Shown piece by piece: positions 1 through 9,271 of a stretch of DNA of 34,664 nucleotides. The stretch's first letter is position 1. Every line of letters begins with the position of its first letter. A program made the position numbers and the translations under genes. The notes below the pieces were generated by a model. The model had not been told where the DNA came from. It ran no database searches and was given only the letters and a program-made list of their open reading frames with translations. The stretch lies in the NCBI GenBank assembly GCA_046727335.1, contig JBKPCL010000007.1, forward strand, positions 1 through 34,664, written 5' to 3'. Source of the stretch: Actinomycetota bacterium (GTDB taxonomy: Bacteria; Actinomycetota; Acidimicrobiia; IMCC26256; PALSA-610).

Positions 1-954
1 GTCGAGCTCGTAGCGCGCGGTCACGAGCGCGTCGAGATCGGCCGCGACCGCGCCCGACGCGATGAACGCCGACGCGGTGCGCCAGTCCTCCGGCTCTTGG
101 CTGTACACGCCGACGATCGAGAGTTCGTGGTGATGGATCGCGTCGGGCGCGACCGGAACTGCGAGGTCCTTGGGAAAGGCGCCGTACAGGACGATGGTCG
201 CCGCGTCATCGGCGAGCGCAAGTCCGAGCTCGAGCGCGCCCGGCGCGCCGGCGGTGATGAAGACGATGTCGTTCGTGCCCGCCCGTGCGCGGGCATCGTC
301 GGGAGTTGCCGTCCACGCCGCCGCCGCGGCTTCGGCGTCGGCTCGCCGCTCCTCGCTCACATCGACGACACCGATGTCGATCGCGCCGAGCGCACGACTC
401 AGGGCGAGATGCAGGCGGCCCATGAACCCACCGCCGATCACGGCGACGCGGTCGCCGGCACGAAAGCCGCCGAGCCGAACCGAGTGCGCAACACACGCGA
501 GCGGTTCGGTCATCGACGCGTGCTCGATCGGCGCGTCGCCGGTCGGGTACGCCTGGGCCGCGGGAGCGATCACGTAGTCGGCGAGACCGGCGCCCATCGA
601 AATGGTGCCGTCCGCCAGCGTGCCACCCTGCGGCTGCTTACACAGCGCGCTGCGGCCGCGCCGGCACGACGAGCAGGTTCCGCAGCGCGTCAACAGGTCG
701 ACTGCAACGGTCGCGCCGATCTGCGGCGACCCTGGGAGCCCGGCAACGGCGTTTCCGACCCCGATGACGCGGCCGGTGACTTCGTGACCGGGCGCGACCG
801 GATAGACCTGCTTCTCACCCAGGAAGAGGCGACGCTCCATCGTGCACAGACCACACGCACCTACCGCGACGAGGACCTCGTCGTCGCCGACGCTGGGGTC
901 GGGTTCGTCGCGCAGCTCGATTGCGCCGGGACCTGTCACGACTGCGACGCGCAT
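1..954 (-). CDS. Zn-dependent medium-chain alcohol/polyol dehydrogenase (3' end runs off window)
   Basis: Hand-translated, absent from the ORF track because no stop falls in the window: MRVAVVTGPGAIELRDEPDP...GACGLCTME...GHE...CGTCSSCRRGRSALC...TEPLACV...VAVIGGGFMG. Shows catalytic Zn ligands (C, GHE, EP), a 4-Cys structural Zn site and a Rossmann GxGxxG. RBS AGGAGG lies upstream of ATG 954. Confidence 0.9.
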   Translation of the reverse strand, partial: MRVAVVTGPGAIELRDEPDPSVGDDEVLVAVGACGLCTMERRLFLGEKQVYPVAPGHEVTGRVIGVGNAVAGLPGSPQIGATVAVDLLTRCGTCSSCRRGRSALCKQPQGGTLADGTISMGAGLADYVIAPAAQAYPTGDAPIEHASMTEPLACVAHSVRLGGFRAGDRVAVIGGGFMGRLHLALSRALGAIDIGVVDVSEERRADAEAAAAAWTATPDDARARAGTNDIVFITAGAPGALELGLALADDAATIVLYGAFPKDLAVPVAPDAIHHHELSIVGVYSQEPEDWRTASAFIASGAVAADLDALVTARYELD

Positions 955-965
955 ACTCCCTCCTG

Positions 966-2375
966 CTACTCCGCGGGCACAACGGGCCACGTCGATCGAG
1001 GTGTGATGCCCGCACGCGCGAACAACGACGCCTGGGTGTCGGCCGCGGCGACGATCAAGTCGTCTTCGTCGATCCGTGTGCACCGACGGTTGCGGACGAC
1101 AACCTCGCCGTTGACGACCACGTCTCGCACGGTGCGACCGTCCGTGCCCCAAACGAGGTGCAACGCGTAATCGCCGCGCGGTGCCCACGTGATGTTTCGA
1201 GTGTCGTGCACCACGATGTCGGCGAGCTTTCCCGGCTCGAGTGAACCGATGCGATCAGCCATTCCGATCGCTTGCGCTCCTCGAATGGTTGCAAGCTCGA
1301 ACGCAGTGCCCGCGCCGAATTTCGTCGGGTCGACGCGCGAGTCGCGGGCGATGCCCGACGCAGCGGCCGCCGCACGCAGGATGTCCGCGAGATCGCCCGC
1401 GTTCGATGCGTCGCACCCCAGGGCGACCCGTCCGCCGCGCTCCACCATCTCGGCGTGGCGGCCCATCCGACACACGCCCTGGCCCAGCCGCAGGTACGCC
1501 CATGGGCAGTACGCCACCGCAGTGCCGCTCGCGAGTACGAGGTCGACCTCCGCATCGTCCAACCACACACCGTGAGCGATCAGGAGATGCTCACCGAGCA
1601 CGCCGAGTCGATCGAGGTGCACGATCGGACGGCAGCCGTGCCGGGCGAGATACTCCTCCGGGTCGGACGACGTCGGCGAGAGATGCATCGTCATTCCCGT
1701 CTGCAGCTCCCGTGCGAGGTCAGCCGCGCCGGTGAGCAACTCGTCGGACGCGAGACTGTGCCCGACCAGCGTCACCCACCCTTCGACGAGACCGCCGGAC
1801 GGCCACATTTCGCACACGTGCCGCTGGCGCTCCAACACTTCGGCTGCGGGCGCGGCGAATGGTGCTTCGTCGATGTCCCAACCCCACGTCCCGATGGTGC
1901 CGCGCACGCCGGCGGTGGTCATGGCCGAGGCGACGCGATCGGGATGCGCGACCGTGCCCGCCTCGACGAGCGTCGTGACGCCATAGCGCAACGCCTCGGC
2001 CGAGGCGAGCAGGGCCGACAGTTCGTCGTCGTCACCGGTGTGGGCGCTGTGCAGCGGCACCGACCACTCGAAGATCGATGCGCCGGGCGGCAGGAGATCG
2101 GGGATGCAGCTCCGAACGAGGGGATCACCCGTGAGGTGCTCGTGCGCGTTCACGAGCCCGGGTGTGACAACGCATCCGCGCGCGTCGAGAACGTCGGCGT
2201 CGGGATACGCCGCACGGAGCTCATGCGTCGAGCCGACGGCGACGATGCGGTCGCCTCGGATGGCAACGGTGCCGCCGACGAGCACCTCTCGGCGCGCGTT
2301 CATGGTCACCACGTCGCCACCGCTCACGAGCAGATCGACAGGCGTGGGATTGTGCTCGGGCGCCGGTTCCTGCAT
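966..2375 (-). CDS. Metal-dependent amidohydrolase (AtzA/TrzN/MTA-SAH deaminase-like fold), paralog 1
   Basis: PGLVNAHEH metal motif, HGVWL, ALGCD, GSLEPGKLADIV. Start placed at MQEPAP (ATG 2375); the longer ORF-track extension overlaps the divergent ALDH. Confidence 0.9.
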   Translation of the reverse strand: MQEPAPEHNPTPVDLLVSGGDVVTMNARREVLVGGTVAIRGDRIVAVGSTHELRAAYPDADVLDARGCVVTPGLVNAHEHLTGDPLVRSCIPDLLPPGASIFEWSVPLHSAHTGDDDELSALLASAEALRYGVTTLVEAGTVAHPDRVASAMTTAGVRGTIGTWGWDIDEAPFAAPAAEVLERQRHVCEMWPSGGLVEGWVTLVGHSLASDELLTGAADLARELQTGMTMHLSPTSSDPEEYLARHGCRPIVHLDRLGVLGEHLLIAHGVWLDDAEVDLVLASGTAVAYCPWAYLRLGQGVCRMGRHAEMVERGGRVALGCDASNAGDLADILRAAAAASGIARDSRVDPTKFGAGTAFELATIRGAQAIGMADRIGSLEPGKLADIVVHDTRNITWAPRGDYALHLVWGTDGRTVRDVVVNGEVVVRNRRCTRIDEDDLIVAAADTQASLFARAGITPRSTWPVVPAE

Positions 2376-2384
2376 GGTCCCGGC

Positions 2385-2390
2385 AGCATA
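2385..2390 (-). promoter_or_regulatory. Putative -10 element (TATGCT) for the amidohydrolase/ADH unit
   Basis: TANNNT hexamer 9 nt upstream of ATG 2375, with no clear RBS. Confidence 0.4.
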
Positions 2391-2466
2391 AGGCGGGGTA
2401 CCCAGCGCGCACATCGGGCCCGCGGCACACTCGGCGGCGGCACGGTTTGCGCGCGAGCATCGTGTC

Positions 2467-3978
2467 ATGACGCAACTTCGCAGGCCCGGCATCGAGCCGT
2501 CGTGGCTCGCATCGGATCCGTACCCGCAGTGGATCGACGGCGTGGAGCGCCGTGACGGTCCGACGCATGGCGTGCTCGATCCGTCGACCGGTTCGGAGAT
2601 CGCGCGCTGGTCAGAGGCGTCAGGCACGGAGATCGACGACGCGACCGCCGCGGCTCGGCGCACCTTCGACGAGGGCGTCTGGCGTCGAATGCCGCTGGGC
2701 GGCCGCGCCGAAGTACTCGAGCGCGTCGCGCAACGCTTGCGGGACGAGCGCGAGCGGCTTGCCGCGCTCGAGGCGCTCGATACCGGCAAGGCGGTGGGTG
2801 GGGCGATCGTCTACGACTTGTACGAAGCGGCGACAGCGTTCGCATACGCGGCGGGGCTCGCGCGCGACCTGCACGGCGACGTGCGCCGGGCGGCATTCCC
2901 GCCCGAGCTACTCCCGGGCGGCGGACCCTCGGTGTTGACCATGCGGCTGCGCGAGCCCGCCGGCGTGGTGGTGGAGCTCCTGCCGTGGAACGGGCCGCTC
3001 ATGACGGGCAGCCAGCGCATTGCCGTCGCGCTCGCGGCCGGTTGTTCGATCGTCGTGAAGCCGCCCGAGGAAGCGGTGATCAGCGTGCTCGAACTCGCGC
3101 GCATTCTCGCCGAGGCCGGTCTGCCGCCCGGTGTCCTCAACGTCGTGCTCGGGCCCGGCGAAACTGTGGGTGAGCGGCTGGTGGCGGACCCGCGTGTCGA
3201 CCTCATCAGCCTCACGGGAAGTGTCGAAACCGGTGCTCGGGTCATGGAGCTGGCGGCCCGCAACATCACACCGGTGCACCTCGAGTTGGGCGGGAAGTCG
3301 CCCGTGATCGTCTTCGCGGACGCGGATCTCGACGCGGCGGTGTCGTGGGCGATGATGGCCGCGTTCGTCAACATGGGTGAGGTCTGCGTCGCCGGGAGCC
3401 GGCTGCTCGTCGAGACCTCCGTCTATGACGACGTGGTGCGCGGCGTCGCCGATGCCTCGGCGCATTTGCCGATCGGTGATGCACTCGATCCCGAAACGTT
3501 CATCGGTCCGCTCGTCAGCGAACTCCACGCCGATCGGGTGCGCGGGTTCGTCGACCGTTCGCTCGCGAACCGTGACGCCGAGATGGTCGGCGGGGGTTCG
3601 CTCCCTGAAGGCGCGATCCCCACGTTCGTGGCGCCGACCGTGCTCGGACGGGTTCGGCCCGAATCCGAGGTCGCCCAGCGCGAGGTCTTCGGACCCGTGC
3701 TCGCGGCGGCGCCGTTCGCCAACGAGGAAGAGGCGATCGCCCTCGCCAACGGCACGCGCTACGGCCTCAACGCGACCGTCTTCACTCGCGACGTCGAGCG
3801 CGCCTTCCGCATGGCCGACCGCCTCGTGGCCGGCGAGGTCAACATCAATTGTCACTTCGCGCCGGACATGAACGGCGGCCGGGGCGAGCCGCGCAAGGCC
3901 AGCGGCGCGAGCCGCACGGGTGTCGGCGCGTACACCGCGCTCAAAGCCGTCAATGTGCAGACGGCGGCGACGCTCTGA
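2467..3978 (+). CDS. NAD(P)-dependent aldehyde dehydrogenase
   Basis: PWNGP, LTGSVETG, catalytic Glu in LELGGKSP, catalytic Cys in GEVCVAG, EVFGPV. Confidence 0.93.
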   Translation: MTQLRRPGIEPSWLASDPYPQWIDGVERRDGPTHGVLDPSTGSEIARWSEASGTEIDDATAAARRTFDEGVWRRMPLGGRAEVLERVAQRLRDERERLAALEALDTGKAVGGAIVYDLYEAATAFAYAAGLARDLHGDVRRAAFPPELLPGGGPSVLTMRLREPAGVVVELLPWNGPLMTGSQRIAVALAAGCSIVVKPPEEAVISVLELARILAEAGLPPGVLNVVLGPGETVGERLVADPRVDLISLTGSVETGARVMELAARNITPVHLELGGKSPVIVFADADLDAAVSWAMMAAFVNMGEVCVAGSRLLVETSVYDDVVRGVADASAHLPIGDALDPETFIGPLVSELHADRVRGFVDRSLANRDAEMVGGGSLPEGAIPTFVAPTVLGRVRPESEVAQREVFGPVLAAAPFANEEEAIALANGTRYGLNATVFTRDVERAFRMADRLVAGEVNINCHFAPDMNGGRGEPRKASGASRTGVGAYTALKAVNVQTAATL

Positions 3979-5188
3979 CTGGCGCGGCGGCTTTGTTCGT
4001 CCCGAGTGCCTCCACGACGTCCAAGGCGTCGAGGGCGACTTGCAAGGTACGCGCGGCGGCAGGCGACGCCGGGTCGACGCCCAGCAGCTCCCGGATACGT
4101 CCGAGGCGATAGCCGACGGAGTTTCGGTGTATTCCGATGCGTTCAGCCACGCCGGCGCGGCTGCCGTTCGACGCGTACCACGCGCGCAACGTCTGGATGA
4201 GCTCGGCGCGTTCGAGGACCGGACCGAGGAAGGCGTCGATGAACGTCCGCAGCCGTTCCAGCGGTACCGAAAGCAACAGTGCCTGCAGTCCGAGCTCCTC
4301 GTAGGGCAGCACCACCTCGCCGGGACGATTGCGGAGCAGCGCGAGCACCATCTCCGCTTCCCGGAACGACGTTGCTGTCGCCGTCGGACTCGTCACAACC
4401 GGACCACTCGCGCCGAGCACCGGCGCATCACCGACGATGCCTTCGAGGCGGGCCCGGATCCTCCGCAACTCGCCGGCGACGTTGCCGACGAGGACCGTCC
4501 ACCCTCGCTCTTCGTCGTCGTAGACAGGCATCTCGATCCAACGGATCGCTGTATGCCACGTTCGCATGTTCCGCCCGGAGTACAGGAACACCGCTGCGGC
4601 ATGCGGACGGTCGAGGGAGAGTCCGAAGCGACGAGCGGCGCGTATGAGTTGGTCTTCGTTGCGAAACGTGCCGAAGCGAAGTTCCTCGACCAGCCGTACC
4701 GCGCTCTCCGCTCGTGCACTCGCTTCGGCATCGCGCCGGACCGCCTCTATCGCGAGCGGCACCGTCGCGATCTCCATGAGCGCTCGGACCCGCTCGTCCG
4801 CGGGCGCCTCGACGAGTAGGAGACCGACACGGCGCGGGCCGGCGCGCAGGGCCAACGCCGCGGCCTGCATCCCGTCGGTGCAAACGACGTCGGTGATGCC
4901 GTCGCGCGCAAGCGCGCTCCGGGCGACGACGAGCGCCACGCCGCCAGCGAGGCTCTCGGACGCGGGACTTCCCGAGGCGGGCTCGCTCGCGGCGGGCAGC
5001 GCGACGCCGTATTCGCTCGTCGCGAGCAAGCCTCCGTGCACGGCGATGAGGCGCACGATCCGTCCCGTCTCATCGGAGATGCGACGCAGCAAGGCGCCGT
5101 AACCCTCGCCCGAGAGCGCCAACTGCTCGAGGTCGCGCTTGACGTCGGTCAGAGCGGGCCCAAGCGGCCGGGGCGTGTCATGCGCCAC
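3950..5188 (-). CDS. PucR/CdaR-family transcriptional regulator
   Basis: C-terminal HTH TLRAWYASNGSRAGVAERIGIHRNSVGYRLGRIRELLG and a central SFREA-containing domain. Start placed at GTG 5188, 6 nt after GACAAT. Confidence 0.88.
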   Translation of the reverse strand: MAHDTPRPLGPALTDVKRDLEQLALSGEGYGALLRRISDETGRIVRLIAVHGGLLATSEYGVALPAASEPASGSPASESLAGGVALVVARSALARDGITDVVCTDGMQAAALALRAGPRRVGLLLVEAPADERVRALMEIATVPLAIEAVRRDAEASARAESAVRLVEELRFGTFRNEDQLIRAARRFGLSLDRPHAAAVFLYSGRNMRTWHTAIRWIEMPVYDDEERGWTVLVGNVAGELRRIRARLEGIVGDAPVLGASGPVVTSPTATATSFREAEMVLALLRNRPGEVVLPYEELGLQALLLSVPLERLRTFIDAFLGPVLERAELIQTLRAWYASNGSRAGVAERIGIHRNSVGYRLGRIRELLGVDPASPAAARTLQVALDALDVVEALGTNKAAAPVRASPPSAH

Positions 5189-5250
5189 TTCCTCATTGTC
5201 GCGAAACGCGTTCGACACACCGAGCGCAGCACGCGCGCCAGAATCCACGC
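5189..5250. promoter_or_regulatory. Divergent, probably leaderless promoter pair (PucR regulator / acetamidase)
   Basis: Minus-strand GACAAT (5195-5200) is 6 nt from GTG 5188; plus-strand CAGAAT (5239-5244) is 6 nt from GTG 5251. Confidence 0.5.
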
Positions 5251-6309
5251 GTGATCTTGCAGCCGGGTACCGGGCCGATCCGCGGACAGCACTATCTGCA
5301 ATCGACCCCGGACACGGTGTGTTGGGGTGAACTGCCCGCGCGCGACACGGCGCCCGTGCTGTCGGTCGACTCCGGGGACGTCGTGACGATCGACACGGTG
5401 TCGCACGAGGGGATACTGGAGGAGTTCGACCGCGATCCCGTGGCATGGTTCGGGAGTCATGGTGTCCCCAAGAGCGACGTGCTCGTCGACGCCGTCGACA
5501 TCGCGCGTCGTGTCCCGCGCCGCTCCGACATGGGGCCGCACGTCGTCACGGGGCCGATCTCGGTCCGCGAGGCCGAGCCCGGTGATCTGCTCCGGATCGA
5601 TGTGCTCGGCGCCGCGGTGCGCGTGCCGTACGGCGTCATCTCGAGCCGGCATGGTTGGGGAGCGCTCGCGGGGGAGTTCCCCGAGAGCGACGGGCCGACG
5701 TGGGTGTTCACGCGCGTGCACCACGAGCGAGACACCGCCGTCGCGTCGATGGCATTCGGTGGCGGCTCCGGGGCCCGGTTTCCGATCGCGCCGTTCCTCG
5801 GCGTGATGGGCGTCGCGACCGACACCGAGGAGCCGCTGAGCTCGACGCCGCCCGGTCTGCACGCAGGAAACATCGACGTCGCGGCGCTGCAAGCCGGCTC
5901 CTCGCTGTACGTTCCCGTGCAGGTGCGCGGTGGCGCGTTCTATGCCGGCGACCCGCATTTCGCCCAGGGCAACGGCGAGGTGTGCCTGACCGCACTCGAA
6001 GGTTCGTTGCGCGCGGACGTTCGACTGACGGTCCTCAAGGACGACGATGCGCGTCGCGCGGTCGGACTCCTCCGGTACCCGTTCGTGGAGACGGACCAGT
6101 ATTGGATCCCGATCGGCTTGCACGAGGATCTCGACGAGGCGCTGCGCGACTCGGTGCGGCGCGCGATCACGTTTCTCGAAACGGCAATCGGGATGGAGCG
6201 CCACCTCGCCTACGCGTACCTCAGCGCCGCCGCCGACTTCGAGGTCTCGCAGGTCGTCGACATCGTCAAAGGCGTGCATTGCCGGATTCGCAAGTCGGAC
6301 TTCGCCTGA
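5251..6309 (+). CDS. Acetamidase/formamidase family protein
   Basis: GDVVTIDTVSHEG, GPHVVTGPI, AEPGDLLRI, GNID, GDPHFAQGNGEVCLTALE, DFEVSQVVD. Confidence 0.92.
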   Translation: MILQPGTGPIRGQHYLQSTPDTVCWGELPARDTAPVLSVDSGDVVTIDTVSHEGILEEFDRDPVAWFGSHGVPKSDVLVDAVDIARRVPRRSDMGPHVVTGPISVREAEPGDLLRIDVLGAAVRVPYGVISSRHGWGALAGEFPESDGPTWVFTRVHHERDTAVASMAFGGGSGARFPIAPFLGVMGVATDTEEPLSSTPPGLHAGNIDVAALQAGSSLYVPVQVRGGAFYAGDPHFAQGNGEVCLTALEGSLRADVRLTVLKDDDARRAVGLLRYPFVETDQYWIPIGLHEDLDEALRDSVRRAITFLETAIGMERHLAYAYLSAAADFEVSQVVDIVKGVHCRIRKSDFA

Positions 6310-6344
6310 TCGCCCGGGCATCGTCGCGGACGTCGGCGTCGACG

Positions 6345-7898
6345 TCACCAGCCCTCCGCGCTGCCGACGAGGGCACGCGGATCGGCCGCACCGGCGAGCA
6401 TGTCGTCTTCGACCTCGATCACGTGCACGAGGCCCGCAGCCGTCGTGAACGCGTCGATGACCTCGACGGCGTGGCCGTACTGCGCCAACTGGGTGGCCCA
6501 TTGCCGCGGCGCGTGTGCCTCGATTCGTACTCGCAAGTATTCACGATCGCCCCACAGCGCGAACGGCTGATCGGACGGTGCCGCGAGTGACCATCGAGGC
6601 GCGGCAACCGCGTCGGCGGGCTCCTCACCTCCGTGGAGCAGCCGGGCGAGCAACTGCAGCACGGTCATCGGCTGGTTGTCCGCGCCCATGGTGCCGAGCG
6701 TGAAGTGCGCGCGCCCGCCGTCCGAGGTGACGAGGGTCGGGCAGAGGGTGTGTGGAGGGCGCCGCCGCGGTCCGTACTCGGCGGGATGACCGGGAACAAG
6801 TGAGAAGCCGGTGCCGCGGTTCTGGAGGAACACGCGGATGCCGGGTACGACGAGATGCGCGCCGAAGCCCGCGCAATTCGACTGGGTGAGCGAGACCGCC
6901 ATGCCGTCGGCGACCGCGTTGAGGTGGATCGTGCCGCCTCGCGCCGCCGGCGGCGTCAAAGCCGCGGCGCGATCGGTCTCGATCGCTGCGAGCTGCGAGG
7001 CCAGGCGCTCCGGATCGAGCAGCGCTGCCGGATCGGCGTGCTCGTGCAGGACGTCCACCCGGTCGTGGCCTGCCTGCTTCACCGCCTCGATCAAGAGGTG
7101 CGGCCAGCGCGGATCGTCGGCATCGATCGGCAGCTCGAGGCGCGACGCGGTCCAGGCTGCCGAGAGCGTCACGTAGCCCTGCGAGTTGGGCGGGACCGTC
7201 CAGACGTCGTGATCCCACGCCCGAACGGCGATGGGCTGGACCCAATCCGCGTGCGCGTCGCGCAGGTCGTCGGCCGTGAATTCACCCTGCCCGAGCGCCA
7301 CGAGCGCGGCCGCGAACTCGCCTTCGTACCAAGCGGCCCGACCCCCGTGCGCGATCTCGGTGAGCGCGCGGGCGACACCAGGACGCCGGATCCGCTCGCC
7401 CGCGACGAGGCCCGGCCGGTAGTCGTCGCTGTCGGCGATCCCGGCGATCAGCGCGGCGGAGCGCGCGAGCAACGGCGACGCCGGAAAGCCATCGCGTGCG
7501 TAGGCGATCGCCGGCGCGAGCACGTCGGTGAGCGGAAGCCGTCCGAACCGTTCGTGCAGGGCGCACCACCCGTCGACGCATCCGGGAACGGTGACGGAGC
7601 GAATGTCGCCCCGGTAGGGCATGACGGACGCGCCCGATGCGCGCAATGCGTCGGCGTCGGCGCCCGAACCGGCGCGCCCCGACGCGTTCAGCGCGTACGC
7701 CGAGCCGGAGCCGACATTGACGAGGGCGAAGAGGTCGCCGCCCATCCCGCACATGTGTTGGGCCGTGACCGCGAGCACGGCGTTGGCGGCGATCGCTGCG
7801 TCGACCGCGCTGCCGGCCGCACGCAGCACGGCGACCCCGGCCCCGCTCGCGAGCGCGTCGACGGTCGTCACCATGCCGTGCGGGGCGCGAGCCGTCAC
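6345..7898 (-). CDS. Gamma-glutamyltransferase family Ntn hydrolase (HpxW/YwrD-like)
   Basis: GSAVDAAIAANAVL, CGMGGDLF, VTVPGCVDGW, PPNSQG, probable nucleophile Thr in GGTIHL, LQNRG, PHTL, GAADPR. Start is GTG 7898 or ATG 7874. Confidence 0.9.
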   Translation of the reverse strand: MTARAPHGMVTTVDALASGAGVAVLRAAGSAVDAAIAANAVLAVTAQHMCGMGGDLFALVNVGSGSAYALNASGRAGSGADADALRASGASVMPYRGDIRSVTVPGCVDGWCALHERFGRLPLTDVLAPAIAYARDGFPASPLLARSAALIAGIADSDDYRPGLVAGERIRRPGVARALTEIAHGGRAAWYEGEFAAALVALGQGEFTADDLRDAHADWVQPIAVRAWDHDVWTVPPNSQGYVTLSAAWTASRLELPIDADDPRWPHLLIEAVKQAGHDRVDVLHEHADPAALLDPERLASQLAAIETDRAAALTPPAARGGTIHLNAVADGMAVSLTQSNCAGFGAHLVVPGIRVFLQNRGTGFSLVPGHPAEYGPRRRPPHTLCPTLVTSDGGRAHFTLGTMGADNQPMTVLQLLARLLHGGEEPADAVAAPRWSLAAPSDQPFALWGDREYLRVRIEAHAPRQWATQLAQYGHAVEVIDAFTTAAGLVHVIEVEDDMLAGAADPRALVGSAEGW

Positions 7899-7992
7899 GA
7901 ACGGGACCAGTCGGCGCAGGGGTTCGATCGTACGGGAACGGGTCGTTGGTTGACGGTTCGGTCGCGCCTCTGTATCTTGACCAATCGTCTGA

Positions 7993-8011
7993 TGGTCAGT
8001 CCAACAGACCA
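7993..8011. promoter_or_regulatory. Candidate FadR/GntR operator
   Basis: TGGTC-N9-GACCA inverted repeat containing TGGTCAGTCCA, similar to FadR-subfamily TGGT-N3-ACCA boxes. Lies just after TTGACC (7977-7982) and upstream of the operon that encodes a FadR regulator. Confidence 0.55.
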
Positions 8012-8039
8012 GAAGCGACAGAACCTCGAGGAGGCGCCC

Positions 8040-8525
8040 GTGGGCATCACCGGGATGAACCACGCGGTCCTGTACGTGCGCGACGCGCGCGCCACCGCCG
8101 CCTTCTACCGAGACGTGCTGGATTTCGTGACGGTCATCGACGATCCGGAAGGTCGCTTCATGTTCCTGCGCGCGCCCTCGTCACGGAACCATCACGACAT
8201 CGCGTTCTTCACGATTGGTACCGGCGCGGGCGCGTCGTCGGCGGGGCGCGAGACCGTGGGCATGTACCACATCGCATGGGAGGTTCCCTCGCTCGACGAG
8301 CTCTCCAAGATGCGCGACCGATTGGCGACGGCGGGCGCGCTCGTCGGTGCGAGCGATCACGGTGCCAACAAGAGCCTCTACGCCGTCGATCCCGACGGGC
8401 TCGAGTTCGAGGTGATGTGGCTCGTGCCCGCCGAGCGCTGGGGCGACGAGGAGCACGAAGCGATCATTCGCCCGCTCGATCTCGAGGCCGAGCGGCAACG
8501 GTTCGCCGACCTCGGTGCGGAGTAA
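8040..8525 (+). CDS. VOC (glyoxalase/extradiol dioxygenase-like) family protein
   Basis: GTG 8040 after GAGGAGG; NHAVLYVRD, HHDIAF, MYHIAW, SDHG, SLYAVDPDGLEFE. Confidence 0.88.
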   Translation: MGITGMNHAVLYVRDARATAAFYRDVLDFVTVIDDPEGRFMFLRAPSSRNHHDIAFFTIGTGAGASSAGRETVGMYHIAWEVPSLDELSKMRDRLATAGALVGASDHGANKSLYAVDPDGLEFEVMWLVPAERWGDEEHEAIIRPLDLEAERQRFADLGAE

Positions 8526-8528
8526 GGC

Positions 8529-9248
8529 TTGAGCGAGGCCGGCCTCCACTTCGAACCTGTGTCGCGGCGCACGATCGCGGAGGAAATCCGCGAGGCCATC
8601 GCCAATCGGATCCAGAGTCGCCAGCTGCTGCCCGGCAGTCAGCTTCCGTCCGAGCGCGAGTTGTGCGAACAGTTCGGCGTCGCACGCACGTCGCTGCGCG
8701 AGGCGATCCAGGGGCTCATCATGCTGGGTCTCATCGAACGGCGGGGAAACCGCGCCTACGTCGTGGAACATTTGCCGACGGTCCAGCTCGACGGACAAGA
8801 CGGGCGCAAGCGGCGAGTACGTGAGCTCTTCGAGGTGCGTCAGGTCGTGGAAGTCCCGATCGCGCGTCTCGCCGCCTGTCACGCCACCGACGAGCAACGT
8901 TCGGAGATCGCGGCGTTGGCCGGATCGTTCAGTACGGACATGAAGCTCGCGGAATTCCGGCGGCTTGATCGCGAGTTCCATTCCGCGGTCGCACGGGCGT
9001 GCGGGAACAAGACGTTGGCCGAGCTCTACGAAAAGGTGCTCGAGTCGCTGTTCGCGTCGCGCGAGTTCGACGAGCTGCTCAGCGCGCGGTCGAATCGCCG
9101 CGCAGTTCGCGAGATCATTCGTTCCGCGACGGTGGCGCACCAGGCGATCGGTCACGCCATCGCTTTCCGCGACTCGATCGTCGCAGTCGACGCGGCCGAG
9201 CGTCACCTCGAGCAGGTCGAAGACCAGATGATCTCCAGGATGGTGTGA
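8529..9248 (+). CDS. GntR family, FadR subfamily transcriptional regulator
   Basis: LPSERELCEQFGVARTSLREA winged HTH; FCD domain with ELFEVR, DREFH, HQAI. Confidence 0.93.
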   Translation: MSEAGLHFEPVSRRTIAEEIREAIANRIQSRQLLPGSQLPSERELCEQFGVARTSLREAIQGLIMLGLIERRGNRAYVVEHLPTVQLDGQDGRKRRVRELFEVRQVVEVPIARLAACHATDEQRSEIAALAGSFSTDMKLAEFRRLDREFHSAVARACGNKTLAELYEKVLESLFASREFDELLSARSNRRAVREIIRSATVAHQAIGHAIAFRDSIVAVDAAERHLEQVEDQMISRMV

Positions 9249-9271
9249 ACGTCGATGGAGGAATTCGCGCA

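Noticed and set aside
97-1170. 357 aa plus-strand ORF
   Set aside because: Antisense shadow of the minus-strand Zn dehydrogenase, which has clear motifs and an RBS.
2376-2789. N-terminal extension of the 607 aa amidohydrolase ORF
   Set aside because: Overlaps the divergent ALDH and is low-complexity; similarity to paralog 2 begins only after MQEPAP.
6855-8039. Apparent 556 aa protein ending in a VOC domain
   Set aside because: The upstream part is antisense to the GGT gene; the real start is GTG 8040 with a strong RBS.
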